Positions 41,475 to 49,697 of a DNA stretch of 64,000 nt are shown one piece after another. Position 1 is the stretch's first letter; every line of letters starts with the position of its first letter. Both the position numbers and the translations under genes were made by a program. The notes under the pieces were generated by a model. The model had not been told where the DNA came from. It did no database searches and saw only the letters and a list, made by a program, of their open reading frames with translations. The stretch comes from an uncultured Pseudomonadota bacterium (GTDB lineage Bacteria; Pseudomonadota; Gammaproteobacteria; Steroidobacterales; Steroidobacteraceae), in the NCBI GenBank assembly GCA_903838705.1, contig CAILZL010000028.1, positions 428-64,427 on the forward strand. Reading direction: 5' to 3'.

Positions 41475-41480
41475 CGCAGC

Positions 41481-42734
41481 CTACTCATAGCGCAATGCCT
41501 CTGCGGGTGCGATACGTGCCGCACGCCGGGCCGGATAAACCGTCGCCAGTGCGGTGAGCAACAATGCAACGCCCATCACCCACGCCACCTGTGCGGCGTG
41601 TACTTCGGATGGAATCTGCGTGATGTAGTACACCGTCGGATCAAAGAACCGCATACCGAAGGTATGTTCGATCCAGGGCACTATGCTGCTCACATTCAAT
41701 GCCAGCGTCAGTCCCAGCACCAGCCCGGCTACGATGCCGGCCCAGCCGATCAGCAATCCCTGAGTAATGAACACCTTGATCACTTCATCCGGTGTCAGCC
41801 CCAGCGTGCGCAGGATGGCAATGTCGTTGCGCTTTTCATTCACCACCATCACCAGTGCTGCGATGATGTTGAATGCAGCAATGGCCACGATCAGCATCAG
41901 CATCACCGCCATCATGGTTTTTTCTATGCGCACGGCGCGGAAATAACTGGCGTTCTCAATCGTCCAGTCGCTGGTGATGAACTTTCCACCAAGTGATTCA
42001 TTCACCTGACTGATCAGTTCCGGCGCAGAAAAAATATCCGCAAACCTCAAACGCAATCCTGTGGGTACATCGGCTCTGCCCGCCAGTGCGGCGGCATCAC
42101 TCAGATACAGCATGACCATGCTGTTATCCTGCTCCTGAGCTCCGAATTCAAAAATCCCGGTAATCGTAAAACTCTGTAAGCGCGGCCGCAGTTCGGTCGT
42201 GCCGGCCACCACCTCTGGAATCAACACCGTGATTTCGTCGCCCACCTGCGCTTGCAGTTGCCAGGCAAGGCCTGAGCCCATCAAGGCCGAGCGTGCACCG
42301 GGCGTGAGTGAATTCACCTGACCGCGCAACAGATGCGGCGCGATGTCGGCCACCTTCGATTCCTGCTCCGGCAAAATCCCGCGCAGCCTGGCCGATGCCA
42401 GCATGCCGCCGCGCCCCACCATACCCTGCATCTCCACATAGGGCGCGACACCGAGCACACCCGGCATTTTCTGAACTCTGGCAGCCAGTGCCGGCCACTC
42501 TGTCATCTGCGTTACGCTGCCGGAAAGCGTCGCATGGGCGGACAGATTCAGCAGTCGGCTACGCAACTCACCTTCAAACCCGTTCATCACCGACAGAATG
42601 ACAATCAGCGCCGCCACGCCCAGACACACACCCAGCATGGACACCCAGCTGATGAATGACACAAAAAAACCACGGCGGCGCGTTCGCACATAGCGCAGAC
42701 CGATGTAGGCAGGCAGGGGATAGAACATTCGCAA
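41481..42734 (-). CDS. Lipoprotein-releasing system permease (LolC/LolE family), first copy
   Basis: 417 aa and paralogous to the preceding feature (IGLRYVRTRRR, SVMNGFE, ILRTLG, YPARRAARI.PAEALRYE). Confidence 0.85.
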   Translation of the reverse strand: MRMFYPLPAYIGLRYVRTRRRGFFVSFISWVSMLGVCLGVAALIVILSVMNGFEGELRSRLLNLSAHATLSGSVTQMTEWPALAARVQKMPGVLGVAPYVEMQGMVGRGGMLASARLRGILPEQESKVADIAPHLLRGQVNSLTPGARSALMGSGLAWQLQAQVGDEITVLIPEVVAGTTELRPRLQSFTITGIFEFGAQEQDNSMVMLYLSDAAALAGRADVPTGLRLRFADIFSAPELISQVNESLGGKFITSDWTIENASYFRAVRIEKTMMAVMLMLIVAIAAFNIIAALVMVVNEKRNDIAILRTLGLTPDEVIKVFITQGLLIGWAGIVAGLVLGLTLALNVSSIVPWIEHTFGMRFFDPTVYYITQIPSEVHAAQVAWVMGVALLLTALATVYPARRAARIAPAEALRYE

Positions 42735-42901
42735 TCAGGCAACCGGCACAGAAAACCGGAAGACCGCAAACCTCCAGAGCAACAGGCGCAGGGATTTTAG
42801 TGATACCCGTCAGGGAAATACACGACTTAATCGCCCCGCCTGTCTGACACCGCATCCGCCGGTGCTATAGTTTGCGCGTACCACACGTCAGGAGATCGGT
42901 C

Positions 42902-43195
42902 ATGCGCCTTGCTCAAACTCTCACGCTGCTGCTCGCCAGCCTGACCTGCGTCGCTGCCGGGTCAGAAGATGTTGCCCTGCCCGCCAACAGGACAGAGACG
43001 GCCGCACCTTCCGGAACCGCAACGACTGTCACCACGCCGGCACGCGGTGCCAGCATGGCGCAGGTGGAAGCACAGTACGGCGCACCGACAGAACGTCATT
43101 CCGCCATCGGAAACCCGCCCATCACTCGTTGGGATTACCCTGGTTTCAGCGTCTTCTTCGAACACCAGCATGTGGTACACAGCGTGGTGCGCTGA
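42902..43195 (+). CDS. Small secreted/lipoprotein-like conserved hypothetical
   Basis: It has a GGAGA Shine-Dalgarno 8 nt before the ATG at 42902, a signal peptide MRLAQTLTLLLASLTCVAAG, and a conserved-looking C-terminus PPITRWDYPGFSVFFEHQHVVHSVV. Confidence 0.65.
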   Translation: MRLAQTLTLLLASLTCVAAGSEDVALPANRTETAAPSGTATTVTTPARGASMAQVEAQYGAPTERHSAIGNPPITRWDYPGFSVFFEHQHVVHSVVR

Positions 43196-43387
43196 AGCTG
43201 CTGTTGGTTGATTCCATTCGATATGAACGTAGTGAGGCTCATCAGCAACGGGCACTTCATATTCACCCATTCAGGCTGGCGCGTAAAATCAAAGCCATAT
43301 ATCAATGGGGCTCTTCAGAAGAAGTGGCCCTGACAATTTGAACAACAAAACGCGCCTCCTTGAATGATGCTTCGCGGTTAAGTTCCC

Positions 43388-43800
43388 TCAGCGAGCGTCA
43401 GCACAATTGAAGAACACGGAATCGGGCATGAGCTGGTCAAGTAACGCATGCTGACGACGGGTATTGTAGAACTGAAAGTGGCGTGTCACTCCGGCTTGCG
43501 TGGGGCTCGCGGTTTCTTAGGTACGCGGGTAGACTGCCTCGTACTTCACTAACTTGCTTAACCGTTCGACAAATACCTTGTCACCTCAATGACCTCTGCC
43601 ATACATCCTGATGCGGATGTCACGTTCCTTGAGCACGACGATGAACTCCAGCTTGGTGAACTGGCTGACCTGATCGGTGTTGAAAACCCCGGAACAACCA
43701 TATTTGGCCAGTACGTACTTCAACGCTTCGACACAGAAGTCCGTGGTCAATGTGTTCGACAGCCGCAAGGCGAGTACCTTATAGGTATACTTCGCAATTT
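43388..43800 (-). mobile_element. IS3-family (IS407-like) transposase orfB remnant: 5'-truncated integrase-core fragment with in-frame stops
   Basis: My minus-strand translation gives ...KVLALRLSNTLTTDFCVEALKYVLAKYGCSGVFNTDQVSQFTKLEFIVVLKERDIRIRMYGRGH*GDKVFVERLSKLVKYEAVYPRT*ETASPTQAGVTRHFQFYNTRRQHALLDQLMPDSVFF. This is the rve/DDE core and C-terminus of IS3 transposases. It has no N-terminal half and no orfA, and two internal stops interrupt the frame. Confidence 0.8.
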
Positions 43801-43916
43801 ATAGAGTAATGAATGCCATTAATCACCTGATTATAAATCGCAATAACAAAAGACTGTAGAAGCGGAGACCGACTGATGGGAGACGAACTCTGTTCGTTTC
43901 GGTCAATGGAAAAACG

Positions 43917-46900
43917 ATGACAACTGTGAATTTAGACTCTTCCGTGCTGACATCTGCGCTTGAACAGTTACGCCTCAAGCTCTTGGATCTCACCGGCCGA
44001 AATCGCCTGATTAATTTCAAGCATGCTGCTGGAAAATCACTTCAGTTCATAGAAGGTCAACCAGCGGCGATCTACAAGAGACTGGTCGAAGCAAATAACA
44101 AAGACAACATCAGCATCCTCGGGTTACCAGAACCCGCCAGAGGAGACTGGGTGGAGCGCAACGGTCGCTTGCAAAGACCCGACCCTCGGGAATGGGCCAA
44201 GTCTCAGGGGATCACAACAAGCTACGACATTCCTGTTGCCGGCGAGAGCTCTTATAACTCGAATGTCCGAACACTTATGTACCCCGACGATCTCGCGAAG
44301 CACTGCCGCAAGATTGAGCGTGAGGCCACGCTCGCTATTGAGGAAACGGGCGCAAACATGCTGTTCTTGGTGCTTGGATTCTTAGAATTTCCAGACCAGC
44401 GTGACAGCGACAAGACCTTCACTTCACCCTTGATCAGCGTCCCAGTGTCGTTGCAGAAAAAGGAAATCGCGGGTATCCAGCAATTTTCGCTCCAGTACAC
44501 AGACGATGATATCTCCGAGAACCTTTCTCTTCGAGAGAAACTTCGCAATGACTTCGGATTGATCTTGCCTGAACTCGCCGAAGAACAGATCGACGTAAAC
44601 GACTACTTCACCAAGATTCAGTCAATCATCAAGCAGCAACCTGGTTTCGCACTCAAGCATCGTGTTTCCTTGTGTTTGCTGAGCTTTAGCAACATGCTGT
44701 TGGTGAGAGACCTTGATCCGACCAAATGGCCATCAAACGGGGATGAAAACTCTCTCATTGACCATCCAATCGTCCGCGAGGTGTTCGAAGGCAGAGCCGA
44801 TAAAGGCGGAGCGGGACTCAGTTTGGCTGAGGAACATCTGGTGGAAGAAAGCCCTGGCGCCAGCATCCCATTGGTCTATGACGCTGATAGTTCTCAGCAC
44901 AGCGCCCTAATCGATGTCCTGTCGCTCAAGAAAAACCTAGTGATCGAAGGCCCACCGGGAACCGGCAAGTCTCAGACCATCACAAACCTGATCGCGGCCT
45001 GCCTTGCAGAAGGCAAGAAGGTGCTTTTCGTCGCCGAAAAGCTGGCTGCTCTTGAAGTCGTAAAAAACCGCCTGTCGCTGGCTGGCCTAGATCCGTTTGT
45101 TCTTGAGCTGCACAGTAACAAGACTAACAAGAAGCGAGTCTTAGAGGAAATTGCCAAGCGAACCGCCTTCAGGCCCAAATATCCAAATGATCTCCCCCGA
45201 TTGCAACAGCAGTTGGAGGCTCATCGCCAAGATCTCAAAGCCTACACAGACCTGATCAACTCCGTCGCTCACAACGCGTTTGGCTTAACGCTCCATCAGA
45301 TCATGTGGCGAGCTGAGAAACACCGCAAAGGTCTGAGCAACGACGAAGGCATGCTCAGCCAGATCAAAATCAGCGATGCAACGCAAATATCCGAATTCGA
45401 ATTCGGTCGTCGCATGGACTGTCTGGGGTATCTCGGGTCCCAATACAAGCTGGTTGGTGGCTTTGACGCAAGCAGCACCTTCTGGGGCTTCTACCCTGAA
45501 CGTCTGATTCCCGGAGATGAAGTTAGTCTCGCCAAGTTATTTGAGGCGGCTAATGGATGGTCTCGAACCTTTGTGGATGACGCGAAGCACTTCTCGCAAG
45601 TGCTCGGAGGCCAAGTCTACAACCTTTCACTGGCTTTCAGCGGCGATCAACTCACCGTACTGAAGAGTCTGCTCGAGACTGCCAATCAGCAGTTACCACT
45701 TCACCTCATCCCTGGTTTCTTTGAGGGTGATGAGACAGGAACTAAAGCGGCCCAGGCGATTGACGCATTCGCCAAACAGGTCGAGCAGTTCCATAGCCTT
45801 GCGGGATCCGTCAATACAGCCCTGAAGCTGGAGACCAGCGTTACTAAATCGGTCGCAGAAGATCTCAAGAGTCTGCAACGAATCGCTAGTAGCTTGGGCG
45901 CGGAACTGGGTACGCTCAACGATCTGCGCACCCTGCATCAGCACCTCGTTGAGGCTACTGGCAAACTCTCAACGGCTGATGCCAACCTGATCGGTTTCCT
46001 CAACGGAAAGGGCATCCCCTATGACGGATCAAAGCAGAAGCTAGAGCAGTTGCTCAGTTTTACCGATCTCGTGTTGGATGCACCTGAGGAGCACTTCCAT
46101 CTCCAAACCCCCGGACTGACTCACGATGGTGCAGTTCAGGCCATTGATCAGTTACTTTCTCTTCAAGGAGAATGGACCAACCTTGAAAAAGAACTCGGGG
46201 ACTCGCTCTATGTAGATGCCCTGCCGCATGAAGAAGACATCAAGCAAGCCATCCTAGCCCTGCGAGAAGGCGACACGTGGTATCGCATCTTTCAAAGCCA
46301 GTGGCGCAAAGCTGTAGGGTTGCATAAAGCACTCCAGCGCACCAAGATCAAGATACCAAGCCATAAGCGGCTGGAGCAGCTCGAGCAAATCGTCAAATTG
46401 CTGGGCCTTAAAGAGCAATGGAAGTCATCACCTACTTGGACGCAGTTCCTCAGCTTCCCTGCGCCAGCAATTCCCTCCCCGCTTGAGAAATATCTTGCTC
46501 TGGCGCTATGGAATCGTGGAATCAAGATCGCCTTTGAAGAAATTCAGACTGTACTGATCGACCCAATCAGCTTTACCGCCGACCAAGCCCGAGCGCTGCG
46601 CCGTGAATTCTCGATGGTCAAGCTGGAGATCACGACTGCAATCGCAGCCTGTAGCGACATAAATGAAAAGCTCAAACGCCTCACGGAATTCAACGGCAAC
46701 CATCTCATCGGCAAAACGCTCGAGAAGACAGGAGAGTTCACGAAAGCACTTCATGACCGATTCGAGTGGCTTGAGCTGGAGGCGCGGAGCCAGGCCACGT
46801 ACAGCCAAGTAATCACTGGATGCGATGCTGCCTTGGAGCGCTCGGCGATGAAATCGCAGATTCAAGCCAATACCCGCGTTAAGTCGCTCCTTGGCGATCT

Positions 46901-49370
46901 CTATCTGGACGTGGGCACAGACTGTTCAACCGCCCTCGAAGCGCTGTCCTTCGGTCAAAGTATCGATGGTCTCAACTTGTCGCCACAGATCAAGTACAAG
47001 CTGCGCACTGGGCATCCTCTTGAAGCCTGTCGAACTCTAGCAGCCGCGCTGGAGTCCGTTTGCACGGGGCTACAGCAGGTTGAGAGGTTGTGCAACTCCG
47101 TGTCTGAGTTTGGAAAACTTGAACTTGATACATGGACGGGCGCACCGGCAGACGAGGACTTGGAGGCATTTGCCAGCGCCCTGCATCGCTCAGTTCGACA
47201 GGCTATTCAGGATAAGGACCAGCTGATTCCCTGGTCGCTGTATTTGACCCGTCGCAAGGAAGCCTGTGAACTGACATTGGCCGAATTTGTGGATCTTCTC
47301 GAGAGAAAACGAGTCAGGCCCGACGAGTTGCAAGACGCCTATGCCTATTGCACTTACAGCACGATAACTCGCGAAGCCTTCCGGACCATTCCCCAACTGG
47401 GGCGGTTCACAGGACTCAAACACAACCAGATTCGCGATGAGTTCAAGCGGCTAGACAAGGAGATCACTGCTTTGCGAGGGAAAGCCATCGCCTACGAATG
47501 TGCCCGCAAGGCCTCTCCGACACCCGGCAGAAATGGTGCCCGCGTTGACGACCGAACTGAGATGGTTCTCTTGAATTATCTGATGCCTCAACAACGGCCA
47601 CGCATGCCCGTTCGGAAAATTCTGACCCGAGCGGGTCAATCGACCCAGGCACTCAAACCCTGCTTCATGATGGGTCCTCAAGCCGTGGCCCAATACCTAG
47701 CTCCAGGCGTCATCAAATTTGACCTCGTTATCATGGACGAAGCATCCCAGTTGAAGCCCGAGGAAGCTATCGGCTCGGTTGCACGCGGTGGTCAATTGGT
47801 AGTGGTCGGTGACCCCAAGCAGCTGCCCCCGACCTCGTTCTTCTCACGGATGTCTCAAGACGGTGACGGTGGTGACGATCACTTCACCACTACGGATGCC
47901 GAGAGCATCCTAGACGTCTGTTCATCGCATTTCAGGCCAACCCGCTCTTTGCGTTGGCACTATCGCTCACAGCACCATTCGCTGATCGCCTTCTCGAACC
48001 ACAGCTTCTACCGCGGCAATCTGGTGATTTTCCCCTCGCCTTATGGGCAAGGGGGCAAGCTAGGCGTTCGAGCTGTTTACTTGGCCGACGCCATCTACGA
48101 AAACCAAACAAATCTGCGCGAAGCCAAGCGGGCCGTGGACGCAGTCGTCGAGCACATTGCATCCCGCCCTAACGAGTCCCTTGGGATCGTAACGCTGAAC
48201 ATCAAGCAGCGTGACTTGATTGCCGAACTGCTGGAAGAGCGCCTTAAGTCTGCTCGGGGAGCGGACTCCTATCGAGATCACTGGGCTACGGAGGGGCAAC
48301 CCCTGTTCATCAAGAACCTTGAAAACGTCCAAGGTGACGAGCGAGACGCCATCATCATCTCAACGACATTTGGCAAGCCACCAGGTTCCAACGCTGTTCG
48401 CCAGAACTTCGGCCCTATCAGTCGACAAGGCGGGTGGAGACGACTGAACGTGCTTTTCACCCGTGCCAAGAAGTCAATAGCGCTTTACACGTCCCTGCGT
48501 CCAGAGGACATCGTGATGGATGGCACTACTCCGGACGGCACTAAGGCGCTTCGCAACTACCTCGAATACGCACGTACTGGTTTATTGACAACCCTCGAGG
48601 AAACGGATCGAGAACCAGACAGTGATTTCGAGATCACCGTCATGGACATGCTCAAACTGCGTGGCTACGAAGTCACGCCACAGCTAGGCGTAGCGGGCTA
48701 CCGCATCGACATTGCCGTAAAGCACCCTGACGCTCCCGGTTCCTATCTGGCAGCGGTAGAGTGCGACGGCGCTACCTACCACTCGGCCTTGTCAGTCCGT
48801 GATCGCGATCGCATCCGTCAAGAGATACTCGAGTCGCTCGGATGGCGTGGCCGTATTTGGCGTATTTGGTCAACAGACTGGTTCCGCACTCCACGACAAG
48901 AAACAGAGAAGCTCATCGGCTTCCTTGAGGATCTCCGAAAAAGCTGGAAACCCGAGCACGCTGCCGGAGAAGCTTGGATCGAAGAAGGGCAAGGTGCATG
49001 GCAACCTACTATTCGCATCACTAAGCAAGTTGAAACTGTTGAGAACACAGCTCAAGCCGAGATCGAGCGAGAGACGGTAAGCTCTGTACTGATCGACACA
49101 GAAGACGATTTGGAAATCGAGGTAGGAGATTTTGTTCGATATATTGATCTTGCACGCCCTAACGACGTTATGTCAGTCCAGATCACCAGAGGCAAAGACG
49201 ACTTTGCCAACGGGATTGTGAATGAAAGCCGTCCTCTAGCACAGGCAATACTCGGTGCCGTAGTCGGTGACGAGGTAGTGCTTCACCTTGCTGGAAGCGC
49301 ATCAAAGACGTTCCAAATCGTGGATATTAAGAGATCACGGGACATGCAACCTATAAGCGTCACGATATGA
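43917..49370 (+). CDS. 1817-aa DUF4011-like / Upf1-like SF1 helicase / Vsr-DUF559-like PD-(D/E)xK nuclease / GreA-GreB-C-terminal-like fusion protein (candidate Hhe-like defence helicase-nuclease)
   Basis: Single uninterrupted ORF. The N-terminus has LKLLDLTGRNRLINFKH and LFLVLGFLEF...SPLISVPVSL, which are DUF4011-like. The helicase motifs are Walker A GPPGTGKSQT (about aa 345), Walker B VIMDEASQ (about aa 1271), VVVGDPKQLPPT, RWHYRS, VQGDERDAIIIS and RLNVLFTRAKKS. The nuclease core is GYRIDIAV...AVECDGATYHS (about aa 1571-1676). The C-terminal VGDFVRY...NESRPLAQAILGAVVGDEVVL resembles the GreA/B C-terminal domain. Confidence 0.85.
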   Translation: MTTVNLDSSVLTSALEQLRLKLLDLTGRNRLINFKHAAGKSLQFIEGQPAAIYKRLVEANNKDNISILGLPEPARGDWVERNGRLQRPDPREWAKSQGITTSYDIPVAGESSYNSNVRTLMYPDDLAKHCRKIEREATLAIEETGANMLFLVLGFLEFPDQRDSDKTFTSPLISVPVSLQKKEIAGIQQFSLQYTDDDISENLSLREKLRNDFGLILPELAEEQIDVNDYFTKIQSIIKQQPGFALKHRVSLCLLSFSNMLLVRDLDPTKWPSNGDENSLIDHPIVREVFEGRADKGGAGLSLAEEHLVEESPGASIPLVYDADSSQHSALIDVLSLKKNLVIEGPPGTGKSQTITNLIAACLAEGKKVLFVAEKLAALEVVKNRLSLAGLDPFVLELHSNKTNKKRVLEEIAKRTAFRPKYPNDLPRLQQQLEAHRQDLKAYTDLINSVAHNAFGLTLHQIMWRAEKHRKGLSNDEGMLSQIKISDATQISEFEFGRRMDCLGYLGSQYKLVGGFDASSTFWGFYPERLIPGDEVSLAKLFEAANGWSRTFVDDAKHFSQVLGGQVYNLSLAFSGDQLTVLKSLLETANQQLPLHLIPGFFEGDETGTKAAQAIDAFAKQVEQFHSLAGSVNTALKLETSVTKSVAEDLKSLQRIASSLGAELGTLNDLRTLHQHLVEATGKLSTADANLIGFLNGKGIPYDGSKQKLEQLLSFTDLVLDAPEEHFHLQTPGLTHDGAVQAIDQLLSLQGEWTNLEKELGDSLYVDALPHEEDIKQAILALREGDTWYRIFQSQWRKAVGLHKALQRTKIKIPSHKRLEQLEQIVKLLGLKEQWKSSPTWTQFLSFPAPAIPSPLEKYLALALWNRGIKIAFEEIQTVLIDPISFTADQARALRREFSMVKLEITTAIAACSDINEKLKRLTEFNGNHLIGKTLEKTGEFTKALHDRFEWLELEARSQATYSQVITGCDAALERSAMKSQIQANTRVKSLLGDLYLDVGTDCSTALEALSFGQSIDGLNLSPQIKYKLRTGHPLEACRTLAAALESVCTGLQQVERLCNSVSEFGKLELDTWTGAPADEDLEAFASALHRSVRQAIQDKDQLIPWSLYLTRRKEACELTLAEFVDLLERKRVRPDELQDAYAYCTYSTITREAFRTIPQLGRFTGLKHNQIRDEFKRLDKEITALRGKAIAYECARKASPTPGRNGARVDDRTEMVLLNYLMPQQRPRMPVRKILTRAGQSTQALKPCFMMGPQAVAQYLAPGVIKFDLVIMDEASQLKPEEAIGSVARGGQLVVVGDPKQLPPTSFFSRMSQDGDGGDDHFTTTDAESILDVCSSHFRPTRSLRWHYRSQHHSLIAFSNHSFYRGNLVIFPSPYGQGGKLGVRAVYLADAIYENQTNLREAKRAVDAVVEHIASRPNESLGIVTLNIKQRDLIAELLEERLKSARGADSYRDHWATEGQPLFIKNLENVQGDERDAIIISTTFGKPPGSNAVRQNFGPISRQGGWRRLNVLFTRAKKSIALYTSLRPEDIVMDGTTPDGTKALRNYLEYARTGLLTTLEETDREPDSDFEITVMDMLKLRGYEVTPQLGVAGYRIDIAVKHPDAPGSYLAAVECDGATYHSALSVRDRDRIRQEILESLGWRGRIWRIWSTDWFRTPRQETEKLIGFLEDLRKSWKPEHAAGEAWIEEGQGAWQPTIRITKQVETVENTAQAEIERETVSSVLIDTEDDLEIEVGDFVRYIDLARPNDVMSVQITRGKDDFANGIVNESRPLAQAILGAVVGDEVVLHLAGSASKTFQIVDIKRSRDMQPISVTI

Positions 49371-49697
49371 TATTCAGGCCACAGCTCAGTCCAAATCAAA
49401 TCGGCTTAAATTACTGAAGGAAAGCGTCGTTTTTTACAAGCCAATATCTGAGCTCTGTAACTCCGGGTTCTAAAGTTCTGATCGGTGCGGTCATTTATGC
49501 GAGTTAGAAGCTGGGCACGTCCGAATGGCAGAATTCAAGACTCTTTTTCAGTAAATAAATGTCCCAGTCGTAAACTAGTCCGGAACTTCTATCCCGCCCC
49601 CCAGCCTGCTACCCTTCGCTCCCTTTGCATTCACCCCCGGCAAGTCAGCTGACTTGAGGCCGGGTTATTGGCATTTAAGAACCGGACTATCTGACTC

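Noticed and set aside
42962-43341. ORFs 42962-43270 (minus, 102 aa) and 43129-43341 (plus, 70 aa) at the island's left junction
   Set aside because: The first is largely antisense to the small lipoprotein gene. Neither has a recognisable product or a ribosome-binding site. I translated all minus frames of 43200-43340 and recognised nothing, so the junction remains unassigned non-coding sequence.
43823-44020. 65-aa minus-strand ORF overlapping the start of the giant helicase gene
   Set aside because: It is antisense to the helicase 5' end and promoter region, its composition is low-complexity, and nothing independent supports it.
43800-49400. Expected GC-content drop marking the island
   Set aside because: Hand counts of a few 60-nt lines inside the island (about 45-55% GC) and outside it (about 47% in one lol line) overlap. 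I cannot claim a GC shift without a proper sliding-window calculation. Only a qualitative codon-choice impression remains.
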